Shown here: positions 1 through 15,800 of the stretch, piece by piece
How the letters are laid out: each line of letters opens with the position of its first letter
Numbering within the stretch: position 1 is the stretch's first letter
From: Eledone cirrhosa
Taxonomy: Eukaryota
Assembly: GCA_964016885.1 (NCBI GenBank)
Contig: OZ024746.1
Location: forward strand, 101,804,001 to 101,868,000
Reading direction: 5' to 3'
DNA: 64,000 nucleotides
Position numbers and translations under genes: made by a program
The notes under the pieces: generated by a model
The model's input: the letters and a program-made list of their open reading frames with translations, nothing else
Database searches by the model: none
What the model was told of the DNA's origin: nothing

Positions 1-439
1 ATTTTAATATTACACTTTAATAAAACTTTTTCGCACATCTTAATAAATCCTTCAGTATATAAACCCTAAATAAATAGTATACTTAATTTCTATATCTGTA
101 ATCATAAACATCATCAATCATAAACCTCATCAATTTTTAATTTTTTAATTTATTTATAAATTTACAACCGTTTTTTCAGTTATTTTTCAGTGAAGACAGC
201 GTTTTTCAGTTTAAATCTCAGTTTCTCTCTCTCTCCTTTCTCTTTCTCTCTCCTCCCTCCTTCTTATACTCTTCCTCTGTTATCCTTTCCTTCTTTTTTC
301 CTTTCTTCCTCTTCCTTCTTTTTTTCCCCTTCCTTCCCTTTTTTCCAATCTTCTATATCCTTTTAAATTTATTTATCATATGTTGATTAGACACTACCTT
401 GTTCACAAGTGTTTTTTTTAAGCATCATATCATGTCAAC

Positions 440-510
440 TATTTTATCTGATGAGAACGCAAATATCGTCACAGGATGATATTTGTTTTTGAAATGCGCA
501 TAATAAAATA
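440..510 (+). ncRNA. Minimal type I hammerhead ribozyme in a probable Penelope-type 3' end
   Basis: Stem I TATTTTAT/ATAAAATA; core CTGATGA (448-454); stem II GCAAATATCGTC/GATGATATTTGT; GAAA (491-494); palindromic stem III TGCGCA; cleavage TA. A (TA)n tract follows at 631. Confidence 0.8.
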
Positions 511-627
511 CATGGAACTGTTTTAACTTTTAATTTCTTCTTATATATACTCCAGTCCAATAAACTGTTCAGTGCTACTTATCCGACATTTGCATTGTTT
601 TATTGTTCTACAATAAAACTCACCTCC

Positions 628-994
<367 letters not shown>

Positions 995-1109
995 TGTTCT
1001 GGCTTGTTAATTTATTAACACGCCATAGAACCACATTGGCATACGGTTGGATAATACTTGTATCCATATATGTATTTTTTACACGTAGGAACACATACTT
1101 TATTATTAT

Positions 1110-1255
<146 letters not shown>

Positions 1256-1319
1256 TTTATCCCGGGTTCAATCGGAGGTACCCACAGTAAGTAAGGTACT
1301 CAATACATAGCGGAGTATA

Positions 1320-1450
1320 AATATTTAATATAGAAATAGCTTTTACAGGACTAGAACTGTTTAATTCGGGAGAAATCATCAGTAAGGCCTGATGATTTCT
1401 CCCGAATGAAACAGTTCTAGTCCTGTAGAAGCCATTTCTATATTAAATAT
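1320..1450. repeat. Near-perfect hairpin with a hammerhead core at its apex
   Basis: Arms 1320-1382 and 1389-1450. The right arm reads CTGATGA-TTTCTCCCGAAT-GAAAC-AGTTCTA-GTC; the stem I partner is missing. Confidence 0.75.
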
Positions 1451-2876
1451 ATATATATATATATTCCCACAAATGTTAAGAATTGCTTAGATATTGTGAC
1501 AATCCAAGTATTTCTTTGGAAGTGTTGCGAGAACGTCTTTCCTTCCTTTATAGAAGGAATTTATCTGTGATGTGTGCTGCCGGCCAAACGTTGTGTAAAC
1601 CTGGGTGGTATACATATCATGTACTTGTCGCCAGTATTAATGAAACAAAATAAGCTTAAGTTGATGATAAAATAAACAGTTTTTCCCTCCTCGCCCCCAA
1701 CTATGACTGTTCCTAGCTTATCCTCCTGACATAGACACAACTTTCACATTAGCTCAGGGCAAACGGATATACTTTTCATTACTTTTTCCTTTTTGTTTTA
1801 TTTTTCCCTCTTCATTTTCCTTAACTTTATACAGTATTGATAGTTCAAAGCATTGACATTTCAATAGCCTAAAGTCATTAGATTGTATTATAATTCTCTG
1901 TGGTAGATAATTTGTGAGAGTTCTTTTCTGAAAGATGTCAGCTTAACGTTTTCATGTTATGGCGTCGAATTGCTGGATAGTGAGAGTAGGTTCTAGATTT
2001 AGTTTGCAATGGAAAATAATCCTCATTTATTTGCTTAGTATTAAAAGAAGTAGAGAGTTATGGTGTCTTGTTAAGACATCAGCTCAGATTTTTATATTCT
2101 ACAATTTAATGTTGGTGTTTTCAATCCTTTACTATCTCTGACACTGTCTTCTGTACTACTTTCACTGTTTCCCTTTTTATTTCCTTTTCCCAAAGCCTAC
2201 CTGTATTTCTACACAAATAATTTCTGTGAACAATCCTAGATCGTTGCTAAATTATCATTTATGAGTCATTAAAATTGTTTTTAAATGTTGTGTTTAAGTG
2301 TATCCCAAAGAATTGTTGGAATGTATTTAACCACAGAGTCTGTAATATACTTTCTTTGAGCCATTTTACAAAGATTGTTTAAATAATCTTTTAAAATGTT
2401 TATTAGAAAAACAACTTCATTAGATATTTGGGGATCTCAAATATAATGGGAGTTTTGTGTGAATGACTGCAGTTTTAAGGGAACAAATGTCTGGATGTGT
2501 TAATGGATTTCATAAAGGGATTAATTAAAGGGTCTATTAACACGAATGGTATAACTATATAGTATTTAATAACATGGGAACATTTTCCAGGGATGTCTTT
2601 TGTGTGAAGGACGTACATGTACGGCAAAATACTTAATGTAATTAGTCAAAGCAAATGTTTAATCAATTGAAATTACACACACTCGTTATGAAGAGTAAAA
2701 GTCGATAGTGTTGATGACGGAATTGTGAGGCAAGGAAGAAACTCCGAAATTGAAATTGATTAAACATTAGGATGGATATAAGGGGAGGGGGGGGGGCATA
2801 TATGTTAAATATTAAAATGATCTTCTTCTTTTTCTTTTTCTTCTTCTTCTTCTTTAAAACTGATTAATTCCTCATA

Positions 2877-3718
2877 AGGTGGTAGTGGTGATAGGTGGTG
2901 ATGGCGGTGAGAGGTGGTGGTGGTGGTGGTGGTGGTGGTGGTGGTGGTGGTGGTGGTGGTGGTGGTGGTGGTGGTGGTGGTGGTGGTGGCGGCGGTGGTG
3001 GTGATAGGTGGTGATGGTGGTGAGAGGTGATGGTAGTGAGAGGTGGTGGTGGGGAGATGTGGTGGTGGTGGTGGTCATAGGTGGTGATGGTGGTGAGAGG
3101 TGGTGGCGGTGGTTGTGGTGAGAGGTGATGGTGGTGATAGGTGGTGGCGGTGGTGGTGGTGGTGGTGGTGGTGATAGGGGGGGGGGGGGTGAGAGATGGT
3201 GGTGGTGGTGGTGTTGGTGGTGGTGGAATCATCATCATCACCATCACCAACATCACCACCACCATCATCAATATCACCACCATTATCATCATCATTATGA
3301 TCATCATCATGATCACCATCATCACCATCATCATCACCTCATCACCACCACCATCATCATCACCCCATCACCACCACCACCATCATCATCACCCCCATCA
3401 TCATCACCCCACCATCACCATCACCATCATCATTACCACCACCATCATCATCACCATCATCATCACCCCCATCATCATCATCATCATCAGGACCATCACC
3501 CCACCACCACCATCATCATCACCATCATCATTGTCACCACCATCATCATCACCATCATCATCACCATCATCACCATCACCCCCATCATCACCACCACCAC
3601 CACCACCACCACCATCACCATCACCACCATCACCACCACCACCACCGCCACCAACACCACCACCACCACCAACACCACCAACAACACCAACACCAACACC
3701 AACACCACCACCACCACC
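2877..3718. repeat. Trinucleotide low-complexity block: (GGT)n followed by (CAT/CAC)n
   Basis: G-rich 2877-3226 switches to C-rich 3228-3718. Confidence 0.9.
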
Positions 3719-4210
3719 GTCAGTATGTTCCTGTCTGTATTTATCTGTAGAATATATTCTTATCAGTTGAAGAGTTCTAGCAGAAGCAGTGAAAGGTTTC
3801 ATTGAGAGGGGGGGGGGGCAGCATAGTAGGGGGGCAGAGGTTGTAAGAGTATGAAGGGGGAGAAACAGAGTGAGAGACAGAGAGTGAAAGAGTAGGGAGA
3901 GAGAGAGAGTGAAAGAAATGAGACAAAGAATGAGAGAAAGAAAGATCGAAGGAGAGAGACAGGGTGAGGGAGAGAGAGGAAAGGAGAGTGGGCGAGAGAA
4001 ACAGAGAGGAAAGGAGAGTGGGCGAGAGAAAGAGAGAGGGAAAGAGAGTAGCCAAAAGAAAGAGAGGAAGGGGAGGAAAAGAGGGAGGGAGGAAGAATAA
4101 AGAAGGAATTTGAATAAATTTGACAGTTATTACAAAAAGTAACCATGGCGGAGACAGAGTTTTTTGTAATGAGAGAAACAGGAAATCAGTGAAGATGGCA
4201 GACATGACAA

Positions 4211-4491
4211 TTAGATACCAGTGACATCTTAGATACCAGTGATATCTTAGATACCAGTGACATCTTAGATACCAGTGATATCTTAGATACCAGTGACATC
4301 TTAGATACCAGTGATATCTAACTTAGATACCAGTGACATCTTAGATACCAGAGACATCTAACTTAGATACCAGTGACATCTTAGATACCAGTGACGTCTA
4401 ACTTAGATACCAGTGACATCTTAGATACCAGTGACGTCTAACTTAGATACCAGTGATATCATAGATACCACTGACATCTTAGATACCAGTG
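4211..4491. repeat. 18/22-bp minisatellite (CTTAGATACCAGTGACAT)
   Basis: About 14 tandem copies, some with a CTAA insertion. Confidence 0.9.
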
Positions 4492-4655
4492 GAAACATTT
4501 CTAAACTATTCAACCATTTTATACACAAAGAAAATGAGTTTATTTTTACTTTCTTAAGCTATGTATAGAACAAAATTTAAAAAAAACCTGAAAAACCCCA
4601 ATCTGGGAATGAGATCAATGATTGCCTATAGATTAGCTAGATGGGTTCTTTATCG

Positions 4656-5517
4656 ATTAATATCTATTACCCGGCGTTGCCCGGATTACTGCTGTTCTTA
4701 TTCAGATTAGTAAACAATAAATATGAAGATTGTTTTTTTTTTCATAATTATTTCAAAATATCTATATTCTATTTTTAAAAATATCAAAATGTTAATAATA
4801 ATTGAATTTTAATTTCAAAATATGTCAATCTTGAAGAACCTTAGGGTAAACAATATTCATTGTGTAATTCATATATGTGTAGATGTGTGTGTGTATTTAA
4901 TAACGTACCTAATGAACGCTCAAATACACACACACTCACAGACACATACATATTCATATACAAAATGTGACGTCCTATTGTTTTAATCCAATTGAAATAA
5001 AAATTATCACACATACTCACACACACATACACTCACACACACATACACTCTCACATACACTCACACATATACTAAGACAGACACACACAGACATATATTC
5101 ACGCACACCTGTCTGTCATCACATATATATTTGTATGTGTATATGTGTTTGTGTCAACACACATACACTCTAGCATACATATACTAAGACAAACACATAC
5201 ACACACAAAATTTGACGTCTACACTCACACACATTATGTGTATGTATGTGTAGATGTGCATGTGTTTAATTCTGTGAGGTCTAACGTACATGACGAACGC
5301 ACAAACACACAAACCCATATACAACATGACATCTTCGTGGTTTACTATAGTTGACTATAAAAATATTATTTTAGATAAAATTTTATCCAAATGAAAATAA
5401 AAATTATATGTTGACACTCCCGGGGTCTAATATTGTAAAATTTAATTTGATTTGGTCCAGCCGTTAGAGAATGCTTAGGAACAGACAGACAGACAGACAA
5501 ATAGTTTTATATATAGA
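4656..5517 (-). mobile_element. Non-autonomous Helitron-like element, copy 1
   Basis: Subterminal GC hairpin (ACCCGGCGTTGCCCGG on +), internal (CA)n and (ACAG)n tracts, and an opposite end reading TCTATATATAAAA on -. Homologous to 58675-59510. Confidence 0.6.
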
Positions 5518-5744
5518 TAGATATAATTTGCTATGAGTAGGTAAATAGTGCTAGATGGATCGTTAGGATAGAATGTCAAAACATATTTCCCTTTCTTTCA
5601 GTTCTGAATTCGAATACTAACAAATTTAACTTTGTCTTTCATTTTTGCTGTAACGGTAAAATGAATCCAGAAAAAAGTGGCAGGAAAATTTCAATAAATG
5701 AGAAATGAATGTATTTTTTAGTTCATTGTTTTATTTAAGATATT

Positions 5745-5795
5745 AATTGTTTCTACTTTTGGCACAAGGCCAGCAATTACCCAGTGCATTACATG
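5745..5795 (-). mobile_element. 3' fragment of tRNA-derived SINE
   Basis: TTGTTTCTACTTTTGGCACAAGGCCAGCAATTACCCAGTGCATTAC matches the copy at 45722. Confidence 0.7.
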
Positions 5796-6667
5796 TTGAC
5801 TTGATCGGTATTCCGAAGAAGAGCTGGAATAAACAACCAAAAGGATGTCATTGAAGTTCTAACGACTCGTCTTCAAATTCTTGAAAACTCTTCTCCTTAC
5901 TGAGCCAAAATGAATATTACTGCTTGTTTTGGCATAAGAGATTCCTGGGTAATCAAAGACTGCTATTTTAACCTCCGGAGCCTCTTGGTTTCACTCACAC
6001 CAGATCTTGATTGATACACTAATTATATTTTTTTTAATGTGAAAATAAAATAAATTAAATTCTAAATCTTGACACTTGTACTTCGTTTATTCAATAAAGT
6101 ATTGATATTTATTAATTTTGTTTGGTTCATATCGATATATTTGTGGGCTAACAATTATCAATAAACTTTTTAAAATATAAAATAGAAATAGAAGCTTTCG
6201 CCATAAATTTGACTAAAGAAATATTAGCCTGATTGTGGAGTTTAGAACCCTCTAAGAAATGTAAAATGTGTATTGACGTATATTTGTGTATAGATGTGTA
6301 TTGACGTATATTTTTGACTTTATGTTAGAAAGTGTGCCAAAATATTTTTATGTTGTCTAAAATGTGCCATGACTAAAACAAATTTGTGGACTGCCTAACA
6401 AAACCACAACTCCTCCATAACACCAGAATAAATGTGGATCTCTATTGACAAATTTCGGTTATTTCGACTTTCTTTAGCGATACCTTCACTAGAAGGCTGA
6501 AAAGAAATACTCTATCACAACTTTCAGCATTCAATATGTTCCATTTTTTAATTATATATGAACTCACACATGTTATGATAATTAAAACGAAGGACATGCT
6601 TTGGTTTTAATATTTCCTGCACGAACAAAAATACTTATTTTACATTAATCACGAAGGTCATTAATTA

Positions 6668-6830
6668 CAAACCTGCCAACTCTCCCCGTCCGACGGGGAG
6701 ATCTCCCACCCACTTCGGTGTGGCTGAGAGATGTCTTCTCTTGTAAAAATGGGTATAGCTTTCATTATGTAAAATCTCCCCATTTTGCCTCATTTTTCCC
6801 CGTTTTGGTTTTTAGAGGTTAGCAGGTCGG
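6668..6830. mobile_element. Possible MITE
   Basis: Imperfect TIRs CAAACCTGCCAAC / GTTAGCAGGTCGG; no clear TSD. Confidence 0.4.
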
Positions 6831-6859
6831 TAATAATCAAAACCAAGATGGAGATGCAG

Positions 6860-9800
6860 TTCTATATTTTATCATTTATTACGAGCAACCTTCTATATTT
6901 TATTACCACCAACCTTCTATATTTTATTACCACTAACCCTCTATATTTTATTACCACCAACCTTCTATATTGTTTAACACCAACCTTCTATATTTTATTA
7001 CCACCAACCCGCTATATTTTACTACCACCAACCTTCTATATTGTATTACCACTAAGCCTCTATATTTTATTACCACTAACACTCTATAGTTTATTACCAC
7101 CAACCCTCTATATTTTATTACCACCAACCCTCTATATTTTATTACCACCAACCCTCTGTATTTTATTACCACCAACCTTCTACATTTTATTACCACTAAC
7201 ACTCTATATTGTATTACCAACAACACTCTATATATTTATTACCACTAACCCACTATATCTTATTAACACCAACCCTCTATATTTTATTACCACCTACCTT
7301 CTATATTTAATTACCACCAACCTTCCATATTTTATTACCACTAACCCTCTATATTTTATTACCACCCACCTTCTATATTTTATTATCACCAACCTTCCAT
7401 ATTTTATTACCACTAACCATCTATATTTTATTACCACCCTCCTTCTATATTTATTACCACCAACTCTCTCTATTTTATTACCACCAACCCTCAATATTTT
7501 ATTACCACTAACCTTCTATATTTTATTACCACCCTCCTTCTATATTTATTACCACCAACTCTCTCTATTTTACTACCACCAACCTTCTATATTTTACTAC
7601 CACCAACCTTCTATATTTTATTACCACTAACCCTCTATATTTTATTACCACTAACATTCTATATTTTATTACCACCAACCCTCTATATTTTATTACCACC
7701 AACCCTCTATATTTTATTACCACTAAGCCTCTATATTTTATTACCACCAATCCTCTATATTTCATTACCACCAACATCCTATATGTTATTACCACCATAC
7801 TCTATATTTTATTACCACCAATCCTCTATATTTTATTACCACTAACCTTCTATATTTTATTACCACTAACCTTCTATATTTTATTACCACCAACCCTCTA
7901 TATTTTATTACCACTAACCTTCTATATTTTATTACCACTAACCTTCTATATTTGATTACCACCAACCCTCTATATTTTATTACCACCTACATTCTATATT
8001 TTATTACCACCAACCTTCTATATTTTATTACCACCAACCCTGTATATTTATTACCACTAACCCTATATATTTTATTACCACTAACCTTGTATATTATATT
8101 ACCACTAATCCTCTATATTTTATTACCACCAACCTTCTATATTTTATTACCACCAACCCTGTATATTTATTACCACTAACCCTATATATTTTATTACCAC
8201 TAACCTTCTATATTTTATTACCAGCAACCCTCTATATTTTACTACCACCAACCTTCTATATTTTATTACCACCAACCTTCTATATTTTGTTACCACGAAC
8301 CCTCTGCATTTTATTACCATTAACAATCCATATTTTATTACCACTAACCTTCTATATTTTATTACCACCAACCCTCTATATTTTATTACCACCAACACTG
8401 TATACTTATTAACACTAACCCTTTATATTATATTACCACCAACCCTCTATATTTTATTACCACTTACCTTCTATATTTTATTACCCCTAACCCTCTATAT
8501 TTTATTTCCACTAACCTTCTATATTATATTACCACTAACCCTCTGTATTTTATTACCACCAACCCTCTATATTTTATTACCACTAACCCTCTATATTTTA
8601 TTACCACCAACCTTCTATATTTTATTACCCCTAACCCTCTACATTTTATTACCACCAACCTTTTATATTTTATTACTACTAACCTTCTATATTTTATTAC
8701 CACCAACACTATATATTTTATTACCACTAACCCTCTATATTTGAATTACCACTAACCTTCTAGATTTTACCACCACTAACCCTCTATATTTTATTACCAC
8801 CAACCCTCTATATTTTATTACCACCAACCTTCTATATTTTATTATCAACAACCCTCTGCATTTTATTACCACCAACCCTCTATATTTAATTACCACCAAC
8901 CCTCTATATTTTATTACCACCGACCTTCTATATGTTATTACCACCACCCCTCTATATTTTATTACCACTAACACTCTATATTTTATTACCACCAACCCTC
9001 AGTATTTTATTACCACCAACCCTCTATATTTTATTACCACCAACCCTCTATATTTTATACTAATAACCCTATATATTTTATTACCACTAACCTTTTATAT
9101 TTTATTACCACCACCCCTCTATATTTTATTAGCACTAACCTTCTATATTTTATTACCACCAACCCTCAATATTTTATCACCACCAACCCTCTATATTTTA
9201 TTACCACCAACCCTCTATATTTTATTACCACTAACCCTCTATATTTTATTACCACTAACCCTCTATATTTTATTACCACTAACTCTATATTTTATTACCA
9301 CTAATCCTCTATATTTTTTTACCACTAACCTTCTATATTTTATTACCACCAACCCTCTATATTTTATTACCACCAACACTGTATACTTATTAACACTAAG
9401 CCTTTATATTATATTACCACCAACCCTCTATATTTTATTACCACTAACCCTCTATATTTTATTACCACTAACCCTCTATATTTTATTACCACCAACCTTC
9501 TATATTTTATTACCACCAACCTTCTATATAGTATTACCACCAACCCTCTATATTTTATTACCACCAATCCTCTATATTTTATTACTACCAACTCTCTATA
9601 TTTTATTACCCCTAACCTTCTATATTGTATTACCACCAACCCTCTATATTTTATTACCACTGACCTTATATATTTTATTACCACCAACCCTCTATATTTT
9701 ACTACCACCAACCCTCTGTATTTTATTACCACCAACCCACTATATTTTATTACCACTAACCTTCTATATTTTATTACGACCAACCTTCTATATTTTATTA

Positions 9801-12800
9801 CCCCTTTACCCTCTATATTTCATTACCACTAACCTTCTATATTATATTACCACTAACCCTCTATATTTTATTACCACTAACCTACTATATTTTATTACCA
9901 CCGCCCTTCTATATTTTATTACCACTAACCTTCTATATTTTATTACCACCAACCCTCTATATTATATTACCACCAACCGTCTATATTGTATCACCACCAA
10001 CCCTCTATATTTTATTACGACCGACCCTCTATATTTTATTACCACCAACATTCTGTATTTTATTACCACTAATCCTCTATATGTTATTACCACCAACCTT
10101 CTATATTTTATTACGACCGACCCTCTATATTTTATTACCACCAACATTCTGTATTTTATTACCACTAATCCTCTATATGTTATTACCACCAACCATCTAT
10201 ATTTTATTACCACCAACCTTCTATATTTTATTACCACTAACCCTCTATATGTTATTACCACCAACCTTCTATATTTTATTACCTCTAACCCTCTATATTT
10301 TATTACCACCAAGCCTCTTTATTTTATTACCACCAACACTTATACTTATTACCACCGACCTTCTATATTGTATTACCACTAACCCTCTATATTTTATTAC
10401 CACAAACCCTCTATATTTTATTATCACCATTCCTCTATATTGTATTACCACCAACCCTCTATATTAGATTACCACTAACCTTCTATATTTTATTACAACC
10501 AACCCTCTATATTTTACTACCACCAACCTTCTATATTTTATTACCACCAACCTTCTATATTTTATTACCACCAACCCTCTATATTTTATTACCACCAACC
10601 CTCTATATTTTATTGCCACCAACTCTCTATATTTTATTACCACTAACCTTCTATATTTTACTACCACCGACCATCAATATTTTATTACCACCAACCCTTT
10701 ATATTTTATTACCACCATCTTTCTATATTTTATGATCACTAACCCTCTATATTTTATTAGCACTAACCTTCTATATTTTATTACCACCAACCTTCTTTTT
10801 TTATTACCACCAACCCTCTATATTTTATTACAACTAACCCTCTATATTTTATTATCCCTAACCTTCTATATTTTATTACAACCAACCCTCTATATTTTAT
10901 TACCACCAAGCCTCTATATTTTATTACCACCAACCTTCTATATTTTATTACCCCCAACCCTTCTATATTTTATTACCACTAACATTCTATATTTTATTAC
11001 CACTAACCTTCTATATTTTACCACCACTAACCTTCTATATTTTATTACCCCTAACCCTCTATATTGTATTACCACCAACCCTCTATATTTTATTACCACT
11101 AATCCTCTATATTTTATTACCCCTAACCCTCTATATTGTATTACCACCAACCCTCTATATTTTATTACCACTAACCCTCTATATTTTATTACCACCAACC
11201 TTCTATATTTTATTACCACTAACCCTCTATATTTTATTACCACCAACCTTCTATATTTTATTACCACTAACCCTCTATATTTTATTACCACCAACCCTCT
11301 ATATTTTATTACCACTAATCCTCTATATTTTATTACCACTAACCCTCTATATTTTATTACCACCAACCCTCTATATTTTATTACCACTAATCCTCTATAT
11401 TTTATTACCACTAACCTTCTATATTATATTACCACTAATCCTCTATATTTTATTACCACCAACCCTTTATATTTTATTACCACTAACCCCCTATATTTTA
11501 TAGCTACTAACCTTCTATATTTTATTACCACCAACCCTCTATATTTTATTACCACTAACCCTCTATATTTTATTATCCCTAACCTTCTATATTTTATTAC
11601 AACCAACCTTCTATATTTTATTATCACCAACCCTTTGTATTTTATTACCACTAACCCTCTATATGTTATTACCACCAACCTTCTATATTTTATTACAACC
11701 AACCTTCTATATTTTATTACCCCTAACCCTCTATATTTTATTTCCACTAACCTTCTATATTATATTACCACTAATCCCCTATATTTTATTACCACTAACC
11801 TTCTATATTTTATTACCACTAACCTTCTATATTTTATTACCACTAACCTTCTATATTTTACCACCACTTACCTTCTATATTTTATTACCACTAACGCTCT
11901 ATATTGTATACCACTAACCTTCTATATTATATTACCACCAACCCTCTAAATTTTATTACAACCAACCCTCTATATTTTATTACCACTAACCCTCTATATT
12001 TTATTACCACCAACCTTCTATATTTTATTACCCCTAACCATCTATATTTTATTACCACTAACCTTCTATATTATATTACCACTAATCATCTATATTTAAT
12101 TACCACCAACCCTCTATATTTTATTACCACCGACCTTCTATATGTTATTACCACCACCCCTCTATATTTTATTACCACCAACCCTCAGTATTTTATTACC
12201 ACTAACCTCCTATATTTTACTACCACTAACCCTCTATATATTATTAGCACTAACCTTCTATATTTTATTACCACCAACCTTCTATATTTTATTACCACCA
12301 ACCCTCTATATTTTATTGCCACCAACCCTCTATATTTTATTACCACTAACCCTCTATATTTTATTACCACTAACCCCCCTATATTTTATTACCACCAACC
12401 CTCTATATTTTATTACCACCAACCTTCTATATTTTATTACCACTAACCCTCTATATTTTATTACCCCTAACCATCTATATTTTACTACCACCAACCTTCT
12501 ATATTTTATTACCACTAACACTCTATATTTTATTACTACCACCCCTCTATATTTTATTACCACCAACCTTCTATATTTTATTACCACTAACCCTCTATAT
12601 TTTATTACCACTAACCCTCTATATTTTATTACCACTAACTTATATTTTATTACCACCATCCTTCTATATTGTATTACCACTAACCCTCTATATTTTATTA
12701 CCACTAACCTTCTATATTATATTACTACTAACCCTCTATATTTTATTACCACTAACCTTCTATATTTTATTACCACTAACCTTCTATATTTTATTACCAC

Positions 12801-15800
12801 CAACCCTCTGCATTTTATTACCACTAACCTTCTATATTTTATTACGACCAACCTTCTATATTTTATTACCACCAACCTTCTATATTTTATTACCACTAAC
12901 CCTCTATATTTTATTAGCACTAACCTTCTATATTTTATTACCACCAACCTTCTATATTTTATTACCACCACCCCTCTATATTTTATTACCACTAACCTTC
13001 TATATTTTATTACGACCAACCTTCTATATTTTATTACCACTAACCCTCTATATTTTATTACCACTAACCCTCTATATTTTATTACCACTAACCTTCTATA
13101 TTTTATTACCACCAACCCTCTATATTTTATTACCACCAACACTGTATACTTATTAACACTAACCCTTTATATTTTATTATCACCAACCCTCTATATTTTA
13201 TTACCACTAACTCTCTATATTTTATTACCAACATCCTTCTATATTTTATTACCACCAACCTTCTATATTTTATTACCACTAACCCTCTATATTTTATTAG
13301 CACTAACCTTCTATATTTTATTACCACCAACCTTCTATATTTTATTACCACCAACCCTCTATATTTTATTACCGCCAACCCTCTATATTTTATTACCACT
13401 AACCCTCTATATTTTATTAGCACTAACCTTCTATATTTTATTACCACCAACCTTCTATATTTTATTACCACCAACTCTCTATATTTTATTACCACTAACC
13501 TTCTATATTTTATTACCACTAACCTTCTATATTTTACTACCACCGACCTTCAATATTTTATTACCACCAACCCTCTATATTTTATTACCACTAACCCCCT
13601 ATATTTTATTACCACCAAACTTCTATATTTTATTACCACCAACCCTCTATATTTTATTACTACTAACCCCCTATATTTTATTACCACCAAACTTCTATAT
13701 TTTATTACCACCAACCCTCTATATTTTATTACCACTAACCTTCTATATTATATTACCACTAATCCTCTATATTTTATTACCACCAACCCTCTATATTTTA
13801 TTACCACCAACCCTCTATATTTTATTACCACCGACCTTCTATATTTTATTACCACCAACCTTTTATATTTTATTACCACTAACCCTGGATATTTTATTAC
13901 CACTAACCTCCTATATTTTACTACCACTAACCCTCTATATATTATTAGCACTTACCTTCTATATTTTATTACCAGCAACCTTCTATATTTTATTACCACC
14001 AACCCTCTATATTTTATTGCCACCAACCCTCTATATTTTATTACCACTAACCCTCTATATTTTATTACCACCAACCCTCTATATTTTATTACCACCAACC
14101 CTCTATATTTTATTACCACTAACCCTCTATATTTTATTACCCCTAACCTTCTATATTTTACTACCACCAACCTTCTATATTTTATTACCACTAACCCTCT
14201 ATATTTTATTACTACCACCCCTCTATATTTTATTACCACCAACCCTCTATATTTTATTACCACTAACCCTCTATATTTTATTACCACCAACCCTCTATAT
14301 TTTATTAGCACCTACCCTCTATATTATATTACCACCAACCCTCTATATTTTATTACCACTAACCCTCTATATTTTATTACCACTAACTCTATATTTTATT
14401 AACACTAACCCTCTATATTTTATTACCACCAAACTTCTATATTTTATTACCACTAACTCTATATTTTATTACCACCAACCCTCTATATTTTATTACCACT
14501 AACCCTCTATATTTTATTACCACCAACCCTCTATATTTTATTAGCACCTACCCTCTATATTATATTACCACCAACCCTCTATATTTTATTACCACTAACC
14601 CTCTATATTTTATTACCACTAACTCTATATTTTATTAACACTAACCCTCTATATTTTATTACCACCAAACTTCTATATTTTATTACCACCAACCCTCTAT
14701 ATTTTATTACCACCAACCTTCTATATTTTACTACCACCAACCTTGTATATTTTATTACCACCAACCTTCTATATTTTATTACCACCATCCCTCTATATTA
14801 TATTACCACCAACCCTCTATATTTTATTACCACTAACCTTCTATATTTTATTACCACTAACCCTCTATATTTTATTACCACCAACCTTCTATATTTTACT
14901 ACCACCAACCTTGTATATTTTATTACCACCAACCTTCTATATTTTATTACCACCATCCCTCTATATTTTATTACCACCAACTCTCTATATTTTATTACCA
15001 CTAACCTTCTATATTTTATTACCACTAACCTTCTATATTTTATTACCACCAACCCTCTATATTTTATTACCACCAACACTGTATACTTATTAACACTAAC
15101 CCTTTATATTATATTACCACCAACCCTCTATATTTTATTACCACTAACCCTCTATATTTTATTACCACTAACTCTCTATATTTTATTACCACCAACCTTC
15201 TATATTTTACTACCACCAACCTTGTATATTTTATTACCACCAACCCTCTATATTTTATTACCACCAACTCTCTATATTTTATTACCACTAACCTTCTATA
15301 TTTTATTACCACTAACCTTCTATATTTTACTACCACCGACCTTCAATATTTTATTACCACCAACCCTCTATATTTTATTACCACTAACCCCCTATATTTT
15401 ATTACCACCAAACTTCTATATTTTATTACCAACAACCCTCTATATTTTATTACCACTAACCCTCTATATTTTATTACCACTAACTTATATTTTATTACCA
15501 CCATCCTTCTATATTTTATTACCACTAACCCTCTATATTTTATTACCACTAACCTTCTATATTATATTACTACTAACCTTCTATATTTTATTACCACCAC
15601 CCCTCTATATTTTATTACCACTAACCTTCTATATTTTATTACCACCAACCCTCTGCATTTTATTACCACTAACCCTCTATATTGTATCACCACCAACCTT
15701 CTATATTTTATTACCACCAACCTTCTATATTTTATTACCACCAACCTTCTATATTTTATTACCACTAACCGTCTATATTTTATTAGCACTAACCTTCTAT

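Noticed and set aside
2864-3805. His/Pro/Thr-rich ORFs
   Set aside because: Trinucleotide microsatellite; no supported splice structure or domain.
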